Assembly (NCBI GenBank): GCA_964252035.1
Contig: OZ176204.1
DNA length: 64,000 nt
Source: Podarcis erhardii
Lineage: Eukaryota
Strand: one strand, 5' to 3'
Shown here: positions 50,167 to 61,449 of the stretch, one piece after another
How positions within the stretch are numbered: position 1 is the first letter of the stretch
Layout: every line of letters begins with the position of its first letter
The notes under the pieces: generated by a model
What the model was told of the DNA's origin: nothing
Databases searched by the model: none
Seen by the model: only the letters and a program-made list of their open reading frames with translations
Translations under genes and position numbers: made by a program

Positions 50167-50968
50167 TGGTCCCTCGTGGGCATTTTGCAGGAAATGTAAA
50201 TTTGGACTTAATCTAATTACCAGAGGAAGATGTTTGACGGAGGATGCCCAGTGTAAACTTTCCTGGAATTAATTAATATCTGACTAAGGGCATGGAGATG
50301 GATCCTTGAATTAGATATGGCCAAGGTTTCATGGCTTAAGAAGGCATACACTCATATTATTGCTGCTGCCGTAGTGAGACTTCCAACCACAGCCACTATT
50401 GGAGTGGAGGGGGAGATTTAGCAGGAACCACTGGGGCTTCCTCTGGTATTGAACCTGATACTACCACAGCTTAGTCTGGTTCTTTGCAACACTAAAACTG
50501 AACATCCTGATACTGCTGCACTGGACAACAAAAAATGGTTGATCTCGCAGGATTTTGTAGCCAAAAGTCTCTAGTGGAATCCATCATTTCCTATTGTATA
50601 TTGCAGTGTTCATATGAGCCAGTAGGAATCAGAAGACCATTTCAACAGATATTGTGCAAAAATTCTGCAAAACCAAGTTCCTACACCTGCTTTTCTCACC
50701 ATGACAAGAGTTTCCAAATGCCAAACTGGAGGCACATTTCTGGGACAAAAATGGTGACTGTTGTGGTTCGTATAACAACTTTGTCACTATGAAGAGAGGA
50801 TCATCCATAGAATCAACTGGGCAACATTTATTTCTCCTGTCTGTCTCCATTAAAATTAAGAAAGAAAATATTCCACCTTTATGCCAATGACCTACAACTC
50901 TTTACACGAACTATCTTCTTCTCTTGCCCCAGTCTCTACTCTGCTTCTCATCAGATAAGTGCCCATTA

Positions 50969-51183
50969 CAGTGGTACCTCGGGTTACAGACACTTCAGGT
51001 TACAGACTCCGCTTACCCAGAAATAGTACCTCGGGTTAAGAACTTTGCTTCAGAATGAGAACAGAAATCGTGCGGTGGCAGCGGGAGGCCCCATTAGCTA
51101 AAGTGGTACCTGAGGTTAAGAACAGTTTCAGGTTAAAAATGGACCTCCGGAACGAATTAAGTTCTTAACCCGAGGTACCACTG
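50969..51183. mobile_element. Tc1/mariner MITE
   Basis: Perfect 17-bp TIRs CAGTGGTACCTCGGGTT / AACCCGAGGTACCACTG with TA on both sides (50967-50968, 51184-51185). Confidence 0.92.
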
Positions 51184-51772
51184 TATCTAAAATATAATTC
51201 CACTAAAACTGAGCTTCTGGTTTTCTTATTGCTGCAACATCACCTTTTCTTGTTCTTGATCATGCTAGTGTTTGTAGATTTATCAAGGCCAGAATTGTGT
51301 CTTCTTCTAATTCTTCCTTTCCTCTTCCTCCACTCTTCCAGGTCTTGTTATTTTCAGTTGTTTAATATAGACCTTAATTCGTTATTTTCTTTCTGCAGGC
51401 TTTGCCAGCATTTTAGCCCATTCTCTCATTTATTCTCATTGACTATTACAACCTTGTACTTCATCTTTCAACATCTGTTATTAAATAACTTCCCTCTCTC
51501 TCCTGCGTGCTGCCATTCATTTGATATATTCTACTTGTGGCTCAGTTTGCATTACTCAGTTTCACTGTTCTCATCACCAGTGTCCTCTCACTCTCTCCTT
51601 GATTTCAAATCAAGACGCCTGTGAACATTTTCAAATGTCTTACTGGTTTTGCTCTTCTGTAACTATTCTGTTTTCTTTCTCTGTTCCTCCTCAGGATCTT
51701 AGACCTACTTACAGATATCAGCTTTAAACCTAAGACTGCCCTCTTTATTCCCCACAAATGTCCTTTGTCTAC

Positions 51773-51776
<4 letters not shown>

Positions 51777-51809
<33 letters not shown>
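51777..51809. repeat. (CA)n microsatellite
   Basis: Read directly. Confidence 0.95.
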
Positions 51810-51812
<3 letters not shown>

Positions 51813-53479
51813 TGTATTATTTATTTTCCATTTAATTATATACATTCACATCATCATTACCCACTTTACCGTCTCTTTAGAGCCTATCAACGTCCTTCCC
51901 TCCTGCCTCATGGCTATCAAAATTCACCTTTATATCATTGCGTATAATGTCCTTTGTTCCCATCTCTCTGCAATTCCTGCCTTACATCTTCTTCTGGCTC
52001 TGTGTTTGAACCCCTCCTTTAAAAAAACCATCATTTCACCCCTTTACTTCCCTCCACAATGTGTCTTGTCTCTACATTAGATTGTAAATCTGTGCACAGG
52101 TTTTAATTAACCTGGCAAATTTTAGGTGTATCGTAAGTTATTGTTCTGTCACAGCTGTTGTTGTTGTTTTGTTGCTTATTATTATTTGCAGAACAAGCTA
52201 AACTGGAACAGGATGAAATCAGACTGCAATGGTCCTTTTCCTGTTATACCAAATTTTCACCTGTCTTAATGGCTGGTGAAAGAGAATGCCTGCCATTTCA
52301 ATGCACCTGTTCCTCTCCTCCCATCTCTCTGGGTCTAATAGGTTCCCCTCCTTAAAAGCAAAGTCAATGAGTGTCATAGAAAGACATATACCCCTTTATT
52401 GTCACATGGTAGGTCTAATTAGAATCACTGTGGGGAGAGGTGGCTAAACCTGTTCCAGATTAACCTGGATGTTTGGAAGAAGCAAGATTTGGCCGCCTCT
52501 CTACAGTCTTGCTGACTCTATCTGCAGCTTGGGCGCATTATAACACAGACCCAAATGGAGTCCACTATTGTAAGCACAACCCCACCTTTTTATCTAAAAG
52601 GTCCTACTCTAGGTCTCATTTCTTTGTCACATCAGAGTGTGACAAAGAGACAGAACCCAGGAGCATGTGGGTGTTCATCACCCCCATATTTTCAGCTAAT
52701 ACATATCAGTCTTGTAGCACTAGGTTTCAAACAGCCTCAACTTCAATGTTTCCATAACTACATACCACATATTATATAAATTTCACATATACCAGAGCAG
52801 AAATTAAGGTGGTCATGAAGAGAAAACCGTTCCAAAACAATAGTCTTATTAAAAAGGATTTTAAAACAATATGAGTCAATAAGGCTTCTTCCTGTGTACT
52901 GCAAGATTGATGGTACCTCCTTTTTCCCAGTAACTAATGCTAATTTATGATTTTATCAGTTTTCTTAATTTTGTTAGCAATCCCCTGCCCACTTACTTAG
53001 ATGTTCTACTGAACACATTGTAACTTCTGAAAATCACTGGCTTGGGTTGAACCGCATGTCAGAAAGGCTGGCGTATCCTCTTGGATAAAGGAAAGGTGGA
53101 GATGGTTCTTTTCGTCTCAGCCTGAGGTGGATAATTCTGAAAAACAAACATGAAGCTTGGATTATGTAAGTTATATTAGGAACTATGCCTATTTCTCCTA
53201 AAAGGCCCACCCTCAGGCACCCATACTTCAGCATGAAGACCTAACACCCTGGGCTCTCAGTCCCTGAACCAGAAAAGGGAGAATTCACACGTACACAAAG
53301 ACAGACTCTCTTGCCTGAACACACTCTCCAAGTTAAATTAATTGCACTGTCTCTCAGATCAGCTGACTCTTCAGCCATGTAATTATTAATACTGGGGTGG
53401 GTAGGGGTTGTTTTTTGTGGTTTTTTTTTGTTTTTTTGTTTTTTTTTTTGCTTTCTGATGAACTCCTACTACCTTTGAA

Positions 53480-53572
53480 ACAGTGTGATTCTATACATGT
53501 CTACTCAGAAGTAAGTCCCACTATACTCAGTGAGATTTATTCCCAAGTAAATGAGTTCAGGACTGCAGCCTT
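53480..53572. mobile_element. ~90-bp palindromic MITE
   Basis: GATTCTATACATGTCTACTCAGAAGTAAGTCCCA...CCCAAGTAAATGAGTTCAGGACTGCAGCC. Confidence 0.65.
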
Positions 53573-54659
53573 TAATGGTCACTTTCAGTTTCTGTCTCTT
53601 CCCCCCTCTTTTCTGTCCCCTTGCTGAGAAAAGTTAAGACTAATGTAGCAATTCATTACTTTAGGGGGGAAATTATAATTAAGTTTCCTTACAAAATTAA
53701 AATTCTTGAACTACAAAAATAGATTTTTAAAAAATAATAATCTGACATTAAAACATTGGCAAAATGTCAGGGTCTTATTCTTGGGGTAAGGGTTCTGAAC
53801 TTGTTTGGGTGTGTGTTTTCTTATTTAAAAAAGATTCCTCTCGAATACGTGTAAAAAAAAATATCCCAGCAGCCGGAGCGTTTTGGAGGAGGGCTTCCCC
53901 AGGGTCACCTTTTTGTTTTAAAATGTACTGAGTTCTTTTTCAGGAGAGAAACAGGCAACTTTGTATTCTCTGTCTAAGCTCTTCACCTTCTCCTACAATA
54001 AAAATCGATTTGTACCCATCACCCACGATCTAGAAAATAAAAAACCCAATATAATTCGTGTATCTGTTACTTTATGAAGTAGTAGAACCTTTGTGTTCCC
54101 CTTTGTAACAAAATGTGCTTTGGTGTCAATTTCCATAATTTGTTAATGACTAGCTGGGTGTGTTTTTTAAGTAATCATTTTGTTTTTAGATTCTGGCTGT
54201 ACTGCTCCTTCCTGAAGCTGGTGCAAAAGAGAAATATGATACATCCCAATCCAGACCACTTAAACCGAAGTATTTCAGTATAATTTGTCCCAAAATTTGA
54301 AAAAAATTGTGTGCGTGTGTGTGTTTAAATCCCACCTGGGGTTGTGACTTCTTAGCGCCTTCTGAAGACCCAGAGCGGCTTATATCACGCTACTTGCTTA
54401 CAATTCGTGTGTGGATCTGTCTTAAATATCCTTTACATCTCGGTCTTTTACGCGTTAGCTGAGAAGTTTAAAACAACCACCACCCCGCATTGACTGATTG
54501 AGGTTCTCCCCTAAGCGCCTTTCCGTCTTTTAAGATTCCTGCCTTTAGAATAAGCGTGAAAATTGTCAGCAGCGGCGCATTCAGTACCAGCGCACTGTGG
54601 TGGCACACAATACAGTAGCCATTTAAGCGGGGGGGGGGGGCATAGATCTACAGAGCTTC

Positions 54660-54730
54660 TTAGAGCCTGCTTTACCTGGAAGTAACTCCCGTTGACTTCA
54701 GCGGGGCTTACTTCCAAGTAGCACGCGCTA
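54660..54730. mobile_element. ~90-bp palindromic MITE copy at the island edge
   Basis: TGGAAGTAACTCCCGTTGA / TCAGCGGGGCTTACTTCCA inverted arms (16/19). Confidence 0.65.
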
Positions 54731-55446
54731 TCGACCAGGGAGCCACGGTCGCTCTCCAACCCAGCCTTGGCATAGTAACCTCGGGTTCCTCTGTTTTTGC
54801 GGAGCGCAGTGCTATTCACCTTTCACTTATCGTCCGATTTGGCTGGATTAGGGGGAGGAACGTTTTGTTACCGGCGTGAACTGTCTCCCCTTCTTGCCCC
54901 CCCCACCTCCTTAGAGGTTGACCTATGTGGATGGGCACTGTTTGTGTGTTTGTTTTTTAACAAACGCCTGGGTTGCCAGATCTGGCCAGATCCCACCAGT
55001 TGCTGGCGCGGGGCAGTAAAGACCAGCGCCGCCAGCAGCCTCTCTAGCGTAAAGCGCCTTACAGATGGCAACGGAGGGGGACACCCGAAGGCAGCCCGCT
55101 TTGGGGGCTCATCGCAAGGTCTTTTCCCCTCTGGGCCCGAGCGTCTTCAGGTGCAGGCGTGAAGGGAAACGTGCCGCGATCCCAACTGTTGTATTCTTAT
55201 GTTGCTGTGGTTTGGGGACACGCATACTATCTCTCCCGGGAAGGTGGCACGTTGGCACACGTGTGCGCTCGCGCTCTCGCCCTCCTCGCTTTCAGGGTGA
55301 TTCCAGTGTTTGGACCCGTCTCCCACTTGTGTAGAAATCCGAGGTTAAGTTTCCACTCACAGTGATCGGGGTGAGTGGCCAAGCCGCGGGAAAGCGGGAG
55401 GAAGATGTGCCTGGTTTTTTATGGTTAAATTAATTACTACTAGTAC

Positions 55447-55487
<41 letters not shown>
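55447..55487. repeat. (ATT)n microsatellite
   Basis: Read directly. Confidence 0.95.
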
Positions 55488-55489
<2 letters not shown>

Positions 55490-56299
55490 CTGGGCGCAAA
55501 ACAAACAAGCACCCAAACGGGAGGGAGACGTGAGCTGTATTAGTGAACATCTGAAGTGGCGGGAGGAGGGAGGCATGGGAGAGAGACGTCTTCTGGACTG
55601 ATGAGTTGGGTGTCAAGAGAAAAGCGCGGGATGGAGGCTTTGCGGTGACTTAAGCGAAAAGAAGACTGCTTTTCTCTCCCTTCCTCCCACCCTCAATTAA
55701 AAGGAGCCTAGAATAAGGCCAGGTCGTGGCCGCCCTTTCCCACCGAGGCTTCCCAAAGCAGCTTTCGACGCCACAGTCCCAAGTCCCCTTCTCCAAATTC
55801 ATGCATCCAGGGAAAGAGGGGAACCCCGCGCCCACCCGTCCCCAAAGCTAGTCATGCTGCATGTAGCCACTGATCTGGCCGAGAAGCTGGACCCTGTCTG
55901 GAGAAGCAGAGCAAGAGGGAAAAACCCGACCCTTTGGCCACCCCGGTTGTCTGGGCGCGCACGACCCTTTGGTGAAAAGGTGTTAAACCCAGCTTGGCTC
56001 GGCGGCGCCCTTGGCAGAGAGCCTCCGGTGCTCCTCGGCCGCCGCCTCTTCTTCCCCCTCTGGCCAGCCGCCAAGGGCTTGGAGATGCCACCTCTGCGAA
56101 GTGCAACTCCCCGCCTTTGCCCGAGGTGGCCTCTCGAGGGGAGCGACCCACATCCGAGGACGCAGCCGCGCTCTGTCTGCCTCTTCCCATCCCTTTCGCC
56201 CGCTGCCTGACTGCTGGTTTGCGCCTTCCAACAGGACAAGCTCTCTCTCCCACCAAACTTTCTTCAAGACTGTTGCTCGCTTTGCCCCCCCCCAACTCC

Positions 56300-56472
56300 G
56301 GACTCCCCTCCATCCAGCCTCCCTCCTCCTCCTCCTCCTCCTCCCCCAAGTCCCATTCGCTTGTCGCTCCCCCCTCCCTCCCGTTTCAACCAGGGGGGGC
56401 GCTTGCGCACTGCTGCGCTCTCTCACATCCCTTTGCCCCGTAGAGCTTTCCTGAGATTGTCGTCGGGTAAGT
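56300..56472 (+). other. Candidate non-coding first exon ending at the strong donor CGG|GTAAGT (56466|56467)
   Basis: A pyrimidine/GC-rich leader is followed by a consensus 5' splice site. The only frame open through the donor has no ATG after 56210. The start coordinate is a guess. Confidence 0.4.
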
Positions 56473-57897
56473 AATGTATTAAATAGCCCAGATCACACAC
56501 ACTCCTCAAGTCTAGCTTTCCGTCCACAATAAACACTCCTAGCCTCCTTTGTGAACCCAAACAAACCTGTCTATTGCCTAATTAGCCGTGAAAGGTAAGC
56601 GATTGGGTTTTGCGAGTCCCATTACTACCAGCATTGCGCTCGCTTGCTTGCTTGCTCCCCCCCCCCACTTCTCTTTCTCTTCCTCCCTTTCCTTTCTCTC
56701 CGAGGGGATCCTCCAGTCTCAGGTGTGTGTGTGGTCCTGATTCTGGAAAGAGACAAAGTTGCCCGAGGGATGGAGGGGGTGGGGGTTCAGCTGGGTTGGT
56801 AACTCGGCACAAGGGAGGAGGGAGAAAGGAAAGAAAGAAAGCCACTCTCGCTTCCTTGCTGCTCTTGCGCTGACTCCAATTAGGCGAGGGGGCAAATTGA
56901 TCAGGCAGGGCAGCGCGCCTGATGTTGCTGTCAATTTCACTTGATCCGCAATTGGCTCCATGCATCAAAGGGGTCTGAGGACAAGAGGCGTCCTAAGCCA
57001 CTGCTTGACAGAAGCTCCTCTTGCCACTCAGCCAGCGGTTTTGTCCTTTTACGCACGGGTTGGGGTGTTCCTCCGTGTAACTTCGGGTGGATTACTTGCG
57101 GGCTTGTGTATATCTGTGTGTGCCTCCGCGCGCGCCCGCGCCCCTGTTTGTTGGAAGGTTGTCAGAAAGTTCTGTTTTGTGTTGTCGTTTCGGTACCCCT
57201 GTTGGGATCCGGAAAGGAATGTTGGCGCTGCTCGTGTTGTTTCGGGGGAGTTGGGAAGGTGATTTGGCTTGAAAGGTGTAACTTTGTTTTCCATCCAAAT
57301 TATAGCGCCAGAGTGAAGCACTTTTAAGGGTCTGGCAACGCCAAAGGTGCTTGAACTGAAAAAACACGGTGGAAGCAATTAAAACTCCTCCTTTCGGATT
57401 AACAACCAAAAATTGATCGATCTGTCAGGAATACTGTTGATTTATGAAAGGTGCTTATTTCCTTGGTATGGAGAATTTTATGTTCTCTAGGTGAAACTGA
57501 GTTCACCCAGCTCCACAGTAGATTGATGTTTTAATAAAAATAAATAAAGAGAAAAAAGCTCGCCTGGCCTTTGGGGACATCAACTCTCAAATCGCAGTTA
57601 GACTAACAAATCAAATTGTATTATTTTTACATTTCATACCTTTTAATCTAATGTCTAAAAATGGCAACGATTTTCTTGTGCGGAGAGTGTTGAAGTTGTT
57701 TTGTGCGCCTTTCTTTTCTTTTTCTTTAATACTGCGCTCTTAAAAGTTCAAATAACAAAGCAATCAATGTTTCATAAGCAAAATGGCACGGAGAAATAGC
57801 TGGGTAATTTTGATAAGTGACTTAAACAGCAATCAAGATCTAAAGAAGGATCTAATATGAGCAAACGCCAGGGATTTGCCATGGAAACGCAAAGTGT

Positions 57898-57911
57898 CCT
57901 CTAGGTGGCAG
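57898..57911 (+). promoter_or_regulatory. CTCF-like motif CCTCTAGGTGGCAG with adjacent RFX X-box-like TTTGCCATGGAAAC (57875-57888)
   Basis: Matches the CTCF core CCRSYAGRKGGCRS at all but one position; the X-box differs from GTTGCCATGGAAAC by one base. Confidence 0.5.
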
Positions 57912-58031
57912 ACTGCACCCGCTATTCAACCTTTACAAACTCTTTTCTTTTTTAAAAAATTCTCTCCCCCTTTTCTCCTCTCCCCCCCTCCTTAAAGCCA
58001 AAGGGAAATTTGGGTTGCGAGAAAGGGTGTG

Positions 58032-58033
<2 letters not shown>

Positions 58034-58061
<28 letters not shown>
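58034..58061. repeat. (GT)n microsatellite
   Basis: Read directly. Confidence 0.95.
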
Positions 58062-58062
<1 letters not shown>

Positions 58063-59697
58063 GAAGAGGGGATGAATCCCAGCACTTGTTGTTTACCCAA
58101 CACAATCTGCGATTATTTCTCAGACGTAAATACTGTAAGCTTTGAAACACAACAAGCCGCAATTTTCAGGGTGAAGAGCGGAGTTAAAATTAACCCTTCG
58201 GCTAACCGCTGAAGTGTGTGCTTGTGCGTTTCAAAGGAGGGTGGGGTGGGGGGTGGGGATTCCAAGTGTCCCACTTGAAAGGGAGAGAGGAGATTGATCA
58301 AGCATATGCAAATCAAGAGCCACGCTAAACGCGCGCAAGAGAAATCTTGCCCCTAACAGTTATAAGGAAGGAAAGTTTAAATATCTACCATAAATCACTT
58401 TTTTGGGGGGAGGGGAGGGGGCGGTGTGGGACAGTTCATCCTTTCATCCACCAAGGCAGCTTGCACAGCGCTGGCGCAGCTGAAAGCAACACAAATGCGC
58501 GCGGACAGCGAGTTCTTCTCCCCCCCCCCCGTCCTCCTCCTCCGCCCCCCCCCCTTGCAATGTAGATTTCAGCGGGACAAATTGCTTATTAATAGTCTAG
58601 AAGAGGAGCCCGTTTCTTTCTTTCTTCTTTTCTTTCTCTGTTTTTATTTCTGCATGGCCCCTAGCTATGCTCTGGGCAGCCCAACCGCCCAGCAGTTCTC
58701 TCCTCATTTCAATATACTAAAGAAAATGCAAATCACCCGCGTGCGACACACACACTCGCACGTCATGCCCTTCTCTCTTCCTCCTCTTTTTTTTTTTTTT
58801 TTAATGCCAAAGTTAAATTAGCAACAACTTTAAGTGACTTTATTAACATGGCACAATGTACGAAGCGGGGGCGGCGGGAGGGAAATAAGCAAGTGTTCTT
58901 GCTTACAAACCGTGCTCTTTTTAAGAGTAACAGCATTCCGTGTTTATTATTGTTATCCCGATTCTCTCTTCCTGGGTTAGATCGAAACTCCCAGTGCAAC
59001 AAACAAATGACATCTCGCCCAGCTAAACTGTCCAGGAGCCATCAAAAAGCCTCTCTTAATAGGCTGGTCCGGGGAAGTCTGTCATGTAACTTTGCTCGGT
59101 GGTGGACCCGCTTTTAAGGCTTTAATTATTGAAAAGGATGCGCAATCGTGGGCTATGGAGAGAGAGAGAAGCCCCTAGAGAATGGAGGGTCCTTGTTTCT
59201 CCACTGTTTTGCAAGATTGCGGGGTGGGGTGGGGGACACGTTAGAGAATCTCCTTAGCCCTGGGAGTAGCTGAGCGTGGCCAGGTCTCTCAGCACAGTTG
59301 AACTGCTGCTGGAGGATCCTCTATCCAAATGCTCCACTTCCTTTACGCTCGACAGGGAAAAGGAAGTCGCCGAAAAATTGTGCCAGTCGGCTCTGGAGCA
59401 TTATATCCTCTCTGCAATCTTGGAAATATCTGGGAACTGGAGGTGTCGCACCCTCCCCGCTCCCAAATTAGGCGAAATCGCCTTCAAGAGCGCACTGTGT
59501 TTTTGAAGGAAATGTGCCCCGAGTCCCACCCAGCTCTGGTCCTTGGCAGGACAAGGGTGCGCGCGCGCGCGTGCACCGGTTCCCCAAGCACATTAGGTTA
59601 GACTCAGGAAAGAGCAGGAAAGAGTTAAACTCTCTATTATTCAGGCGAGGTCTTGTTAGGCTGTAATCTGCATTTTCTAACTACTGCGTAATAAAAA

Positions 59698-59941
59698 NNN
59701 NNNNNNNNNNNNNNNNNNNNNNNNNNNNNNNNNNNNNNNNNNNNNNNNNNNNNNNNNNNNNNNNNNNNNNNNNNNNNNNNNNNNNNNNNNNNNNNNNNNN
59801 NNNNNNNNNNNNNNNNNNNNNNNNNNNNNNNNNNNNNNNNNNNNNNNNNNNNNNNNNNNNNNNNNNNNNNNNNNNNNNNNNNNNNNNNNNNNNNNNNNNN
59901 NNNNNNNNNNNNNNNNNNNNNNNNNNNNNNNNNNNNNNNNN
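59698..59941. other. Assembly gap (244 N) inside the CpG domain
   Basis: Run of N. Confidence 1.
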
Positions 59942-61411
59942 TCGATCCTTGTTTGTTCAGTCGGAGTCGGTGGAGATTTTGATGGTAGGATAATGAAGAC
60001 GGGTCGGCTCGCAAACTTCTTTGCAGGGAAGGGAGGTGGCGTTTTGTTTGTTTTTTCTTTTGTTTGTTTACGAATAAACACAGGCCCGGCGGCGCAGGGA
60101 AAGGGAGAGGACAACAAAGGGCCATTTAAATAAATGCCGACGAACTCTCTGGCTTTGCTTTTCCTGGAACCGCTGGAGGTCTTTAGGAAACGATGCGCTT
60201 TCTCGACCCCTAAAAAGCTGCGAAACTTCCTCCCTTGCCCGATCCTGCCTGCTTCCAGGAACAATCCCCCACGCCGCCGCCGCCAGCCCTCTCTCCCCTC
60301 CCTATATTGGATTGCTCTTTTTTTTCCTTCCCCTTTCCCCTACAGCCTTCATTCATTCATCGCAAAGAGAAAGTCTTCCGGGCAAACAACGTTCTTCCAA
60401 TTTGACGTGCGTTTTCTCCCTCTCTCTCCGTGAGGTTTGCTTAGTTTAAACCAATGCTTCTGGTCTGTATTCTCCGCTCCGTTCCCCAATCCTTTCCCAG
60501 ACACGGAAGCGTCCTGTCCTGTCCCTCTAAACTAAAGGTAGACTCTTCCAAGCCCCAAATGTGACGGGCGTTCCCCTGGTTTCTTCTCCCAGCTGAACGC
60601 GTTTCCCGTGGTTACTTTCCGCACTGACTATTACCTTCGCCCCGGAATCCCTGTTTTCCCCTCCCCTCTCTCTCCCCGGTTGCCAGAGCTGCCCTGCTCC
60701 GAGAGCCTCTTTACTCTCAAGTAGCGGCACCCTCCCGCCTTTCCCCCGTTTTTTCTCTACTTGGGAAGGTTGTTCCAGGCTAACCATCTCGGTGCCATTT
60801 CACCCGCGTTTAGTTTCCCAAGGCGGATGCCCTGCTTGCAGATGCCAAACTAAGGACCGCTGCTAGGAGGGAGTTCGTTGGGAGAAGGTGGGAAGAGAAA
60901 ACTCTCGCTTCCTCTTAAATCTGAAACGTCGCGTTTATACTCAGCGGATCCGAGAGGCCTAAGAAACTTCGGAGCAGCCTCCCAAGCGGAGCAAGCTGTT
61001 TCTCACCACTGCCACTCACAAGAGGGGCAAATGGAGCCCAATAAGACCGTGGAATGTAGAAAGGGAGGGAGAGAGGCAGAGAGCGAGAGAGATGCTACTT
61101 TTTGTCCCCTCGATTGACGATCTCAATCTTATTTGCGCTGAAAATCTCGTCTCCCCACCCAAGGAGGCGCTGTTCGTCAAACTTCACCACCGCCGGGCGG
61201 CGAAGAGACGCTAGGATTTCTTTACTTAGAGAATTATATCTCTTTATTCAGGGAGATTTTGGTCTATGTGTGTTTCCTGAAACTCGCCTAATAATAGAGT
61301 TAAAAGGTCTTTTCTCAGCGCGCCCGCCCCGCACCATCCCCAGTCTTTGCAATCTAACCAAAAGGAGGTAGGCGGGGATGAGAAAGGAAATCATCAAAGC
61401 AGCTCGTTCAC

Positions 61412-61415
<4 letters not shown>

Positions 61416-61446
<31 letters not shown>
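61416..61446. repeat. (GA)n microsatellite
   Basis: Read directly. Confidence 0.95.

Positions 61447-61449
<3 letters not shown>

Larger units (their letters stand above)
50870..52100 (+). mobile_element. Ancient, highly decayed L2 LINE (RT and 3' region), split by a Tc1/mariner MITE
   Basis: HLYANDLQL (50874-50900), a degenerate RT YADD motif, lies left of the MITE and LKYNSTKTELLVF (51187-51225) right of it. A pyrimidine-rich body ends TGTCTTGTCTCTACATTAGATTGTAAATC, like the amniote L2 terminus. Confidence 0.65.

Noticed and set aside
52158-52355. Acceptor TTTGCAG at 52191 with the peptide EQAKLEQDEIRLQ as a coding exon
   Set aside because: No convincing donor, no recognisable homology and no partner exons.
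55650-57409. Many overlapping 100-165 aa ORFs on both strands in the CpG domain (e.g. 55854..56210, 55994..56443, 55852..56349)
   Set aside because: Expected from stop-codon scarcity in GC-rich DNA. The products are low-complexity Pro/Arg/Ser/Gly-rich with no recognisable domain, and several start at non-ATG codons.
59637-60264. 162-aa and 195-aa ORFs spanning the second N gap
   Set aside because: Artefacts of translating Ns.
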